DNA of 64,000 bases from Vicinamibacterales bacterium. Its GTDB lineage: Bacteria > Acidobacteriota > Vicinamibacteria > Vicinamibacterales > JAMQPK01. Numbering within the stretch: position 1 is the first letter of the stretch; each line of letters starts with the position of its first letter. Positions 20,425-32,653 of this stretch are shown here, piece after piece. The notes under the pieces are model-generated. The model saw nothing but the letters and a program-made list of their open reading frames with translations. It did not search any database and was not told where the DNA came from. The stretch is taken from NCBI GenBank assembly GCA_963802345.1, contig CAWDIK010000011.1, positions 65,757 through 129,756 of the forward strand, in the 5' to 3' direction. The translations under genes and the position numbers were made by a program.

Positions 20425-21160
20425 ACTGGTCGCTCTCCACTTTTCGGGCTCGGATGACACGCGCGTTCAGGCCAGGAGCCTGAAGCCGGGAGCCTGACGC
20501 CAACTGCACCGTGACTCCCCCGCTGCTCCGCGCAATGGGCTCGCTGCCAATCAGGACGCACGCCGTTTCGCTGCCCTCGATGACGCGGTGCAGGCGCAGC
20601 CACGTGGTATAGGGCAGCCGCTTAATCGTCTGCGCGGCGACTTCGCCCAGATCGAGCACCACCAATCCAAAGCCACCCGCCTGCAGGACGATGTTCAGTG
20701 CCTTGACGGCGCGGTCGAGGCTCTTCTGCAGAGTGCCGTATTCGGACGAGAGGCTGACGCGCGCAGAGCCGGACGATTCGCCGCGAATCCACAGCATCCG
20801 CTGAAAATCGACTCCGCTGGCCGATGCGGTCACGGGGTCGAACATGTCGAGCGGATCGATCGAGCGCCACCGCTTCGCCCCGTGACGTCGCACCCGCCAG
20901 TGCCGAGACAAGAATGGCGAGGCGCCCTGACGACCGCGGGCCGATGACTTCAGATAGATGACCGCGCGGCAGGCCGCCCTCGAGCCGCGCGTCGAGCTCG
21001 GTCATCCCGGTCGGCACGAGCCAGCGGATGGGGTCTGACCCCGGTTCATGGGGTCTGACCCCCTTGCTAGTACGGGGGTCAGACCCCAACACGTGTGGTC
21101 GAGCTTGCGATCGCGAAGAAGCGATTCGAGGTAATCCCGGTCGATGGCAGCTGAAGGCAT
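20390..21160 (-). CDS. imuA: ImuA, RecA/SulA-like mutasome subunit; frameshifted as assembled
   Basis: RBS AGGAG precedes ATG 21160 (MPSAAIDRDYLESLLRDRKLDHT...). A palindrome-containing stretch follows, then ...IRWLVPTGMTELDARLEGGLPRGHLSEVIGPRSSGRLAILVSALAGATSRGEAVAL (ORF 20622..21092), then IDPLDMFDPVTASASGVDFQRMLWIRG...GFGLVVLDLGE... (ORF 20390..20911). Frame changes are at ~21030-21090 and ~20860. The 3' end overlaps the imuB start by ~35 nt. Confidence 0.75.
21030..21087. repeat. Three copies of a 13-nt palindrome GGGGTC(T/A)GACCCC (two direct, one inverted) inside the imuA 5' region
   Basis: The copies are at 21030..21042 and 21050..21062 (both preceded by ATG) and at 21075..21087 (inverted). 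Copies 2 and 3 form a perfect 14-bp stem with a 10-nt loop. Confidence 0.85.
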
Positions 21161-21251
21161 GGCGCTCCTACTTTCGCTTTATTTTCGCCATCCTAGATCG
21201 AACCGGACTGCCAATGCAAGAGCCGCAAAACTGAGGGGCTGAGGGGGATGA

Positions 21252-21282
21252 AACGAAAAGCGAAGAACTGAAAAGCGAAGAG
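21252..21282. repeat. Direct repeat GAAAAGCGAAGA x2 (16-nt period) between the RR-PP2C stop and the imuA start
   Basis: The sequence is aacgaaaagcgaagaactgaaaagcgaagag. It belongs to the purine-rich CGAA-type low-complexity class also seen at 30998..31080 and 60360..60585. Confidence 0.7.
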
Positions 21283-21283
21283 C

Positions 21284-22405
21284 TTAGATGAGGCGGCTCG
21301 CCGTCATCAGCGTGACGTCATCGGGCTGAGGGCTTCCGTCGAGCTTCTGCTGCACGTCAGCGAGAATCGCATCCAATAACTGCATGCCTCCGCCGGTTTC
21401 GCGATGCATCGCGTCGATGATCTGTGATGGCGCTGCAGCGTCATCCGATTCGAGCGCGTCCGTGACGCCATCCGTATAGAGCAGCAACCGGTCGCCTGGC
21501 CGCATCGCCACCGATTCGATCGACCACATCGAGGCCGGAAGTGCGGGAGAGATCAGCGGGCCCGTGCTCGCCAGCCACACAGGATCGGCGTCCTTCCACA
21601 ACAGCCCCGGCGGATGGCCCGCACTGACATAGCGCAGGTGATTGCCCTCCGGCGCGATCAACGCCGCGAACAGGGTCACGAATTTCTCAGGACCGAATGC
21701 CGCCAGGCCGGCCCATACGCGATGGACCACGGTCAGCGGGTCGTACCCATCGACGCGCGCAGCGTGGAACGCGCTCTTCACCACGCTGGTCATCATCGCC
21801 GCCGCCAGCCCGTGTCCCGACACGTCGGCGACGAGCAGCGCCGTCTGCCCCGAATCCGCCGGCGCGTAGTCGTATAAATCGCCGCCGATCTCCGAGCACG
21901 GGAGGTACTGACTGCACACCGACAGCCCGTTCACCATCGCCTCGCGCGGGGGCAACAGACTCTGCTGAAAGGTGCGAGCCTGCGACAGCTCGTTTTCGAG
22001 ACGCTGAAGATGGCGGCGATGCGCTTCGCGCCGCCATTGCAATTCCAGACATCGCTCGACGAGCGTCTTCAACACTTCACGATCGAATGGTTTTTGAATG
22101 AAGTAGAACGCAGCATTCTTGATCGCTCGAATCAGCTTCTCGTCGAGGTCATCGACGCTGCCCGTCATCAGGATCACGTCGATCTGCGGAAGACGCGCCT
22201 TCAGTCTGGCCATCAGCTCGAAGCCATCGACTTCGGGCATTCTGATGTCGACGATCGCCAGCGTGGGGAGAAATTCTGCGGCGAGCGAGACGGCGTCTTT
22301 TGCCGAGCTCGTTCCACACACGTGATGCGTGTCGCCGAGAACCCGTTCCACCGCTCGAAGAATCCCCGGCTCATCGTCGACCACGAGAATCCGCGATCCC
22401 GTCAT
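21284..22405 (-). CDS. Response regulator (receiver domain) fused to a PP2C/SpoIIE-type serine phosphatase
   Basis: The real gene is the 3' 374 codons of ORF 21284..22963. It reads MTGSRILVVDDEPGILRAV...LAIVDIRMPEVDGFEL...ILMTG..., then ...GGDLYDY...LLVADVSGHGLAAAMM...LLLYTDGVTDA...DDVTLM. Its ATG 22405 overlaps the kinase stop (ATGA). It is intact. Confidence 0.85.
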   Translation of the reverse strand: MTGSRILVVDDEPGILRAVERVLGDTHHVCGTSSAKDAVSLAAEFLPTLAIVDIRMPEVDGFELMARLKARLPQIDVILMTGSVDDLDEKLIRAIKNAAFYFIQKPFDREVLKTLVERCLELQWRREAHRRHLQRLENELSQARTFQQSLLPPREAMVNGLSVCSQYLPCSEIGGDLYDYAPADSGQTALLVADVSGHGLAAAMMTSVVKSAFHAARVDGYDPLTVVHRVWAGLAAFGPEKFVTLFAALIAPEGNHLRYVSAGHPPGLLWKDADPVWLASTGPLISPALPASMWSIESVAMRPGDRLLLYTDGVTDALESDDAAAPSQIIDAMHRETGGGMQLLDAILADVQQKLDGSPQPDDVTLMTASRLI

Positions 22406-24094
22406 GACGCCTGGACCTGCGAATGGCGCGCCGCCAGTGGGAGCGTCAGCTCCACGTGCGTCCCGACGCCCGGCTGGCTCTCGAGCGTAATCGTTCCGCC
22501 GATTTCCCAGAGGATGGAGCGGCAAATCGGGAGGCCAAGTCCGTTGCCGTGAGGTCTCGTCGTAAAAAACGGTTCCATCACCCTCGGCAGATCCTCCGGC
22601 AGAATCCCGCATCCGGTGTCGCGGATCGAAATCCGCAGGATTTCGGGAGCCGGTTCCACCACGACGGCAATCCGTCCTCCCGGGAGCGTGGCCTCCCGTG
22701 CATTCGTGAGGAGGTTGAGGAGGACCTGCTCCAGATCGCTCTGACCGCACGCCACCGCCGGCGCATCTTCGGGAATCTCGGTGTCGAGCTGGATGCCTCG
22801 GCGGCCCATTCCGTATTTCAAGATCGCCGATGCCGTCTCGAACGCCCGCCGCACGTATCCATGCCGGCTTCGCCGGGCGGCGCCGCGTGAAAACGAGAGC
22901 ATGCCGCCGAAAATCCGGCGGCAGACCTGCAGCGATTTCTGAACCTGCTCGAGGTCTTCGCACAGCACATCAGGGTTGTGGATGCCGGAGCGCAGATCTT
23001 CCTGCATCTGCTGCACCAGCGGCAGCATCGACCCCAGCGCGTTGTTCACGTCGTGCGACACGCTGCGCGCAAGCTCGGCCATGGCGTGCTTCCGTTCGGC
23101 GGTCACCACTCGCGCGCGGAGCGACGCCGTCCGGTGCAGGTTCTGGATCGCCACGGCCGCCTGCGAGCGGAAATGTTCCACCAGCTCGCCATCGTAGGGC
23201 TTGAGCTGCGCCGGATACCGTGCCGCGATCTTCAGAATTCCAATCAGACCATCGCGCGTGACCAGCGGTGCGCACAGCATCGAGCCTTCGCGAAGGCCGC
23301 CGCCGTCGCCGTCACGGCCATCGGCGTTGTAATCGAGCAGCGATGCGAGGTCGCCGGCAGCCCGTCCACTCCACTCCTGCCATCGCTCGCCGTGGCGATC
23401 GAAGCCGTAGACCTGCTCTGTCAAGAGCAGCGTCGCGGTTTCCCGCGCAATTGGAAGGCGCAAGCCAATCCGATGACTTTTCGCCTTCGCCCACGCGATC
23501 TGCTCTGCAACGAGGACGAGCGCGGGATCGTCTTCCGTTCGAATCAACAGCGCCGATGAGTGATCGTACTGAGTCAGCGAACGAAGGCCATCGAGAATCT
23601 GGTAGAACAGGTCCTTGGGATCGATCTGCTCCATGATCTTTCGATCGATACGGTCGCGCACGCCGACCATGCGGTCGTTGTCTATGTGGTGAATCGCGTC
23701 CGACAGCACCGCGGCCACTCGCGAGACAAGACGCCGGTCGTCGCGACCGAACGCTCCCCCAGGCCGGCTCAATGCCAACGCGCCCCACGCCCCGCCGCGC
23801 CGTTTCAGCGGCGCCATCACCACATCCTGCTGCACGGGAGGATGCCGGCGATCGATGAACAGCGTCAGGTCGTCCAGATTCCAGCGGCCCGCCCTTGGGA
23901 ATATTGAAGAGAATTTCTGCGTGTGGCCGGCCGGGCTGGAGCCTCGCGATGCAACCGTGTGAGGCGTTGAAGAACTCGTGCGTCTCGCGCAGCGTGTAGC
24001 GGAGCGCTTTCTGCGGCTCGCGGACGTGCTTCAGGTGACCCTGGAGGCGATCGAGAAACTTGAGTGCCGATAGCTCATCTCTTTGCACCGACAT
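22402..24094 (-). CDS. GAF-domain sensor histidine kinase; one frameshift as assembled
   Basis: The N-terminus is in ORF 23312..24094 (MSVQRDELSALKFLDRLQGHLK...FNIPKGG) and joins ORF 22402..23835 at ~23888 (...G|RWNLDDLTLFIDRRHPPVQQDVVMAPLKRRGG...). The H-box is ELARSVSHDVNNALG, the N-box is LLNLLTNAREA, and G1/G2 are IRDTGCGI and GNGLGLPI. Confidence 0.85.
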
Positions 24095-24187
24095 GCATCC
24101 ACTTCTTTGGAGGAGCGATACTACCCCTAATCCCTGAGCGCGGGCAGAAACTGACGGGAAATTCGGTTACGATACGGGCAATTCCCG

Positions 24188-25480
24188 TTGGCTCAGGCCC
24201 ATCCCGCCACTCCCAGCGAAGCCCCCGAAGCCCCCGCGCCACTCAAGGGCCTGCGTCGCATTGCCGCCGCCCTGCATCACCGCGACTTTCGAGTTTTGTG
24301 GTTCGGCGCGTGTTTCTCGAGCATCGGCACCTGGATGCAGAGCCTCGCCGAGAACTGGCTGGTGCTCTCGCTGACGGCGTCGGCCTTCTACCTCGGGCTC
24401 GACGCGTTCCTGCAGCAGCTCCCGATCATGCTGTTCACGCTCATCGGCGGGGTCGTCGCCGATCGCTACGATCGCCGGCTGACGCTGATGACATCGCAGT
24501 GGATACAGCTCTCCACGGCAGCCATCCTCGCCGCGCTCGTGTACTCCGGGGTCGTCGAGGTGTGGCACATCCTGCTGCTCTCCTTTATTACAGGCACCGC
24601 GCAGGCGTTCGGCGGCCCGGCGTACCAATCGCTGATCCCCTCGCTTGTCGGCAAGCAGGATCTGACCAATGCGATCGCGTTGAACTCGATCCAGTTCAAC
24701 GTCGCGCGGATGCTCGGCCCGCTCCTCGCGGGCGGCACGCTCGCCATGCTGAAGCGCTGGGGGGTCGCCGACATGACGGCGCTCGCCATCTGCTTCGCGA
24801 TCAACGCGCTGTCGTTCCTGGCGGTCATCCTGTCGCTGATGTCGCTCCACCTGAAACACTTGCCCGCGGCGCGCACGCAGAACATGTTCGGCGAGCTGAA
24901 GCAGGGCATCGCCTACGTGCGCGAACAGCGCAGCATCATGGCGCTGATGGTGCTCGGCGCGGCGACGGCGTTCTTCGGCATTCCGATGCTGACGCTGCTG
25001 CCGGTGTTCGCGCGGGACGTGTTCGGTTCCGGCGTCGAACTCTACAGCGTGCTGTTGTCGTTCTCGGGCGCGGGCGCGGTGTCGGGGGCGATGGTGGTGG
25101 CGTGGCTCGGCCGCTTCCGCCACATGGGGCGCACCACGCTGCTCGTCGAGGCATGGCTCGGGGTCATCATCGCGCTGGTGGCGTGGAGCCGATGGCTCCC
25201 GTTGAGCTACCTGCTGCTCTTCGCCAGCGGCGTCACGCTGATGATCGTGGTGTCGTGCCTGATGTCGCTGGTGCAGCTGATCGCGCCCAACGAGATGCGC
25301 GGGCGCGTGATGAGCATCTATCTGGTGGCGTTTCGCGGCGGGATGCCGCTCGGCAGCCTGGTCAGCGGCTATCTCGCCAGCGTCAGCTCGGCCCCGAGCG
25401 TCATCGCATTCAACGGCATCGCGTTGCTCGCCGTCAGCGTGTTTTTCCTCTTCAAGACCAAAGAAATCAGAGCCCTGTAA
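24188..25480 (+). CDS. MFS transporter (EntS/MFS_3-like, ~12 TM)
   Basis: Intact 430-aa ORF (TTG start in the track). It reads ...LHHRDFRVLWFGACFSSIGTWMQSLAENWLVLSLT...LIGGVVADRYDRR... with hydrophobic periodicity throughout. Confidence 0.8.
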   Translation: MAQAHPATPSEAPEAPAPLKGLRRIAAALHHRDFRVLWFGACFSSIGTWMQSLAENWLVLSLTASAFYLGLDAFLQQLPIMLFTLIGGVVADRYDRRLTLMTSQWIQLSTAAILAALVYSGVVEVWHILLLSFITGTAQAFGGPAYQSLIPSLVGKQDLTNAIALNSIQFNVARMLGPLLAGGTLAMLKRWGVADMTALAICFAINALSFLAVILSLMSLHLKHLPAARTQNMFGELKQGIAYVREQRSIMALMVLGAATAFFGIPMLTLLPVFARDVFGSGVELYSVLLSFSGAGAVSGAMVVAWLGRFRHMGRTTLLVEAWLGVIIALVAWSRWLPLSYLLLFASGVTLMIVVSCLMSLVQLIAPNEMRGRVMSIYLVAFRGGMPLGSLVSGYLASVSSAPSVIAFNGIALLAVSVFFLFKTKEIRAL

Positions 25481-26159
25481 TCCAGTAGATCCCGAGCGCC
25501 AGCGAGCCGAGCGCGGTCGCGGCGGCCGAGAACCGGGCGACGTGGCCCGTCATGCGCCGATCGGCGAGCGTGTGCGCGAGCACGATGCCGAAGAGCGACA
25601 TCGACATGAGGATGCCGATGGCGAAGATCGTGACCAGGAAGAGCAGCGACCAGAAATGATTCGCGCTGCCGGTCGAGCTCCACAACGGCAGCGACAGGAT
25701 GAGCGCCCTCAACCCGCTGACCGCGAACACGGCGCCGAGCACGCCGGGCAACATGGTGTGAATCGCCGGACGATGGGAATGCTGGCGGCCGAGATGGAGG
25801 TGCCAGTGGCTGTGGGCGCGCTGCTCGCCGGCTTCGTGTGCGTGCGTGTGCACGTAGAGGCGGCCTGACACGGTGAGCCACCCCACGATGAGACCGAGGG
25901 CGATCAGCAGACAGCCGCCGACGAACTCCCCGCCCTGCTCGAACCGCACCGGAATCTGCCAGCCGAAAAACAGCACGAGCCCCGCCCCCAGCGCCAGCAG
26001 CACGGCGTGTCCCACCGCGAATCGCAGCGCCAGTCCGAACGCGCGCGCGTAGCGCGCCGGGCCGAGCGGCGTGGCGAGCGACAACGCCGCGATGGCCATG
26101 AGGTGATCGGCGCCGAGACCGTGAAGGAAGCCGAGCGCGAGCATGGAACCGGTCAGCAC
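25467..26159 (-). CDS. Metal-transporter-like membrane protein (HupE/UreJ- or NicO-like motif, His-rich loop)
   Basis: Intact 230-aa ORF with the motif GFLHGLGADHLMAIAAL and a central His-rich loop HTHAHEAGEQRAHSHWHLHLGRQHSHRP between two 3-TM halves. The family assignment is tentative. Confidence 0.55.
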   Translation of the reverse strand: MLTGSMLALGFLHGLGADHLMAIAALSLATPLGPARYARAFGLALRFAVGHAVLLALGAGLVLFFGWQIPVRFEQGGEFVGGCLLIALGLIVGWLTVSGRLYVHTHAHEAGEQRAHSHWHLHLGRQHSHRPAIHTMLPGVLGAVFAVSGLRALILSLPLWSSTGSANHFWSLLFLVTIFAIGILMSMSLFGIVLAHTLADRRMTGHVARFSAAATALGSLALGIYWITGL

Positions 26160-26182
26160 GTCGGAGGGATTATAGCGGAGTC

Positions 26183-26263
26183 GGGATTTGGGATTGGGCT
26201 TGGGATTAGACTGGCAGGTATCCGCGTGTTCGCTGTTCAGACCTAATCCCGAGTCCCGAGTCC
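26183..26263. repeat. Inverted heptamer arrays (GGGATTT GGGATTG GGCTTG GGATTAG ... CCTAATCCC GAGTCCC GAGTCC)
   Basis: Read directly from the sequence. It occupies the divergent spacer between 26159 (-) and the sahR-like gene. Confidence 0.8.
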
Positions 26264-26275
26264 GTACCAGCCAGC

Positions 26276-26311
26276 TTGCATTGTTATATACATGAATGTA
26301 TATTCATGTAT
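26276..26311 (+). promoter_or_regulatory. Sigma70-like promoter with an overlapping 10-4-10 palindromic operator in front of the ArsR/SahR-like gene
   Basis: This is an AT-rich island in GC-rich DNA. It has TTGCAT (26276-81), a 17-nt spacer, then TATATT (26299-304). A perfect inverted repeat ATACATGAAT-gtat-ATTCATGTAT (26288-97 / 26302-11) covers the -10 box and the ATG 26306 / GTG 26312 start region. This suggests a leaderless or near-leaderless, autoregulated transcript. Confidence 0.5.
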
Positions 26312-27247
26312 GTGAAAAGAGCCGGCGAGCTCTACCGGCTGCTGGGCGACGAGGTGCGTCTGCGCCTGCTCCGCGTCCTCGCGGGGAAGCACGGCCGGCT
26401 GAACGTGACCGAGCTGACCGCCGTGCTCGGCATCGCGCAGTCGGGCGTGTCGCGCCATCTCCGCCTGCTCAAAGAAGCGGGGCTCGTCGTCGAAGAACGC
26501 GGCGGCGGGTTTGCCTTCTATCGCCTCTCCCCTGCCCTGCTCGACGGCGGGTTTGCCGGCCTGTGGCCGGCGCTGCAGGCGCAATTCGCCGAAGCGGCGC
26601 ACACGCCGGCCGTGCGCGGCGACGAATCGCGGCTGCAGGAAGTGATTCGGCTGCGTAAGGAGAACTTCGCCGTCCATGGCACCGACCGGGCGCAGTTCGT
26701 GCCGGGCAGAAGCTGGGCAGGCTGGTCCCGCGCGCTTGGCACGCTGTTGCCGCCGGCCGACGTCGCCGACATCGCCTGCGGCGAAGGATACTTGTCTGTC
26801 GAATCTGCCCAGTGGGCCAGGCGCGTCGTCGGCATCGATCGATCGGCGGACGTGCTGAAACGGGCGAAGGCCCTCGCCGAACGGCGCGGCGTGGAGAACA
26901 TCACGTGGAAGCGCGGTGACATGGAAAAGCTGCCGCTTCAGGACGGATCGGTCGACGTGGCGCTCCTCTCGCAGGCGCTGCATCATGCGGTGAACCCGTC
27001 GCGCGCCGTCGCCGAGGCGGCGCGCATTCTCCGGCCGGGCGGCCGCGTCCTCGCACTCGATCTGCGCGAACACGATCAAGAATGGGTGCGCGATCGCGTC
27101 GGCGACCGCTGGCTCGGATTCAAGGATGAGGATCTCGAGCGGTTTCTGACCGGCGCAGGGCTGAAGGACGTGAACGTCCGCGTCGGATCGCGCTCGCCCG
27201 GAGATCCGTTTACGGTGTTGATTGCGTCTGGAGTGAAGCCGGCCTGA
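26306..27247 (+). CDS. ArsR-type HTH regulator fused to a SAM-methyltransferase-like domain (SahR-like)
   Basis: Intact ORF. The HTH is ...LYRLLGDEVRLRLLRVLAGKHGRLNVTELTAVLGIAQSGVSRHLRLLKEAGLV. The MTase fold is ...VADIACGEGYLS...VVGIDRS...LRPGGRVLALD. This architecture is the one described for SahR, the SAH-responsive regulator of methionine-cycle genes. It sits directly upstream of metH. Confidence 0.7.
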   Translation: MYVKRAGELYRLLGDEVRLRLLRVLAGKHGRLNVTELTAVLGIAQSGVSRHLRLLKEAGLVVEERGGGFAFYRLSPALLDGGFAGLWPALQAQFAEAAHTPAVRGDESRLQEVIRLRKENFAVHGTDRAQFVPGRSWAGWSRALGTLLPPADVADIACGEGYLSVESAQWARRVVGIDRSADVLKRAKALAERRGVENITWKRGDMEKLPLQDGSVDVALLSQALHHAVNPSRAVAEAARILRPGGRVLALDLREHDQEWVRDRVGDRWLGFKDEDLERFLTGAGLKDVNVRVGSRSPGDPFTVLIASGVKPA

Positions 27248-27255
27248 AGGCCGGC
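27238..27255. repeat. 18-nt GC hairpin GCCGGCCTGAAGGCCGGC (copy 1)
   Basis: A 7-bp stem with a 4-nt loop that contains the TGA stop (27245-47) of the SahR-like gene. An identical 18-mer occurs at 32601..32618. Confidence 0.8.
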
Positions 27256-27286
27256 ACTCACGCTGAAGGCGGACTCGACAGTGCAT

Positions 27287-30997
<3,711 letters not shown>

Positions 30998-30998
<1 letters not shown>

Positions 30999-31080
30999 CG
31001 AAAAGGAAACGAACGAAAAAGCGAATCGAAGCAATCGCAGCGTCGCTGGCTCTATTCGTTTTTCGCTATTCGTTCTTCGT
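30998..31080. repeat. Purine-rich CGAA-type low-complexity repeat with an imperfect inverted partner
   Basis: The sequence is acgaaaaggaaacgaacgaaaaagcgaatcgaagcaatcg ... attcgtttttcgctattcgttcttcgt. It fills the metH-to-CPXCG spacer. Confidence 0.6.
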
Positions 31081-31091
31081 GACACATTTCT

Positions 31092-31310
31092 ATGAACATC
31101 TCCGTCGAATGTCCCTACTGCGGCGAGCCGCTCGAGCTGTATGTCGACTCGAGCGGCGGCACGACGCAGAAGTACGTCGAAGATTGCGCGGTCTGCTGCC
31201 AGCCGATGGAAGTGATGGTCGAGATTGAGGGCGATGAGGAGGCTTCAGTCTCGGTGCAGGAGATTCGACGACTGAACCACGAAGACGCGAAGAGCGCGAA
31301 GACACGATGA
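31092..31310 (+). CDS. CPXCG-motif cysteine-rich small protein
   Basis: The protein is MNISVECPYCGEPLELYVDSSGGTTQKYVEDCAVCCQPMEVMVEIEGDEE... The CPxCG ... CxVCC pattern is typical of this small-protein family. Confidence 0.75.
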   Translation: MNISVECPYCGEPLELYVDSSGGTTQKYVEDCAVCCQPMEVMVEIEGDEEASVSVQEIRRLNHEDAKSAKTR

Positions 31311-32231
31311 GCGATGCGGTCGCGATCAACACAAGATTCGGCAGCCATGCGCCGGCAAACGGCGGGTATCGTGCCCGCAAATGCGGGCGCGAGCGGGCTG
31401 TAGACCGCGAGCCCTTCTCCGACAAAGATCAAGGCCCAATAGGTGAAACAGGCAAGCAAAGCGGTGAGAGCGCGCGCTGCCGCACTCCTGATCGCCGTCG
31501 CGACAAGCAAACCGGCGAGCACGACGGAGGCTGCGGACAAAGCGAATCGCAGGTGAAAGGACCATGCATAACTGTCGGCGGTCCTCGTATCGCCCGCCGC
31601 GGCCGCAACGGCGGACTGACGATCCAGTTCCGAGAAGCTCATCTCATTGGGTCCCCTTACCAGCGGCACCGTGATACCCGTCTCTTGCGCAATCGATTCG
31701 CGCCACGCCTGATTGCCGGCAGGCATGACCCACCCTATCGTCCCGAAGCTGACGATTGATGCGAGCAGCGCAGCCAGCAGAATGACTCTCGTGACTCCTC
31801 GAGTGGCACGTACGACGGGCCATTCCAACAGCAATGCCGAATGTCAGCCCGATTGGAATCGCCAACGGCACTGCCTGCGGTATCAGTGCCGCCAGAGACA
31901 TCGACATGCCCGCGCCGTCGACGATCGAAAGTGGCGGCAACATCAACGCCAGAGTGAACGCGATCGTAAAGGCGAAGGACCATGCCATCGTTCGTACGAT
32001 GGCTCGCTGGTCGTCGGCCGTGGCGAGAGAGACGCTCAGTGCACACATGGCAATCACCTGGAGGATGGCGGTGTAGCCGGCAATCAGTGCGCGAGCACGT
32101 CCGGCGCTGGACGTTCGAGCCTGCGCGTATTCCTTCTGCAGGTCGGCGATCGCCGGCTCGACGACGCGCTCGAGCGTTTTCGCGCTGCAGACGCGCGCGG
32201 CAAGCCGATGGAGCATGCGGCCGGGCATCAT
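31115..32231 (-). CDS. PadR-associated multi-pass membrane protein (possibly LptF/LptG-like permease); 3' boundary uncertain; frameshifted as assembled
   Basis: The start MMPGRMLHRLAARVCSAKTLERVVEPAIADLQKEYAQ... (ORF 31644..32372) overlaps the padR stop (TGATG). It joins ORF 31115..31834 at ~31830 (...VVRATRGVTRVILLAALLASIVSFGTIGWVMPAGNQAWRE...PNEMSFSELDR...). The last ~60 codons overlap the convergent CPXCG gene, so the true stop is probably hidden by another indel near ~31300. Confidence 0.45.
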
Positions 32232-32536
32232 CAGGCGTGCCGCAATCTCGGTGGACGTGCCAAGGCGCGCGCGGCAGCTTCCCACGCGGCGAGCACCCGC
32301 AAGCCGTAGCCCGTCGGGCGATACAACCGTCTCGGAAGCCCGATGGCGCCCGGCGGCTGCTTCTCGGTCCACGATTCGACGTATCCCTTGTCCTGCATGC
32401 GGCCCAGCGTCACGTAGACGGTGCCCCGCTTCAGGGCTCCCTTCGACTGCTCCACCAGCTGCAGCCCGAACATCTCTTCACCGGAGAGCAGCTCGAGTAT
32501 CAGGCGCTCGGTGGGCGACAGCTTCGGAATGTCCAT
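32231..32536 (-). CDS. PadR-family transcriptional regulator
   Basis: Intact 101-aa ORF: MDIPKLSPTERLILELLSGEEMFGLQLVEQSKGALKRGTVYVTLGRMQDKGYVES... This is the typical PadR winged helix. Confidence 0.85.
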   Translation of the reverse strand: MDIPKLSPTERLILELLSGEEMFGLQLVEQSKGALKRGTVYVTLGRMQDKGYVESWTEKQPPGAIGLPRRLYRPTGYGLRVLAAWEAAARALARPPRLRHA

Positions 32537-32547
32537 TTAGTGCAGTT

Positions 32548-32575
32548 ATTATCGATCTTACAATTTGTAAGTCAA
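32548..32575 (-). promoter_or_regulatory. Sigma70-like promoter of padR with a 15-bp perfect palindrome in the spacer
   Basis: On the minus strand: TTGACT (32575-70), a 16-nt spacer, then GATAAT (32553-48), 11 nt before ATG 32536. The palindrome CTTACAA-A-TTGTAAG (32557-71) overlaps the -35 box and the spacer. This is an AT-rich island in GC-rich DNA. Confidence 0.5.
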
Positions 32576-32600
32576 GGAAGAATCATTCGCCGTCGTCACC

Positions 32601-32618
32601 GCCGGCCTGAAGGCCGGC
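32601..32618. repeat. 18-nt GC hairpin GCCGGCCTGAAGGCCGGC (copy 2)
   Basis: Identical to 27238..27255. It lies 36 nt downstream of the ABC-2 permease stop and upstream of the padR promoter. Confidence 0.8.
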
Positions 32619-32653
32619 CTGACGACCGTCTAATGCCAGACCATCAGGTCGCA

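Noticed and set aside
21161-21283. A LexA/SOS box upstream of imuA.
   Set aside because: I searched by eye for CTGT-N8-ACAG, GAAC-N4-GTTC and GTTC-N7-GTTC. Only isolated GTTC half-sites (for example GTTCGATCTAGGATG) are present, without a partner at the right spacing.
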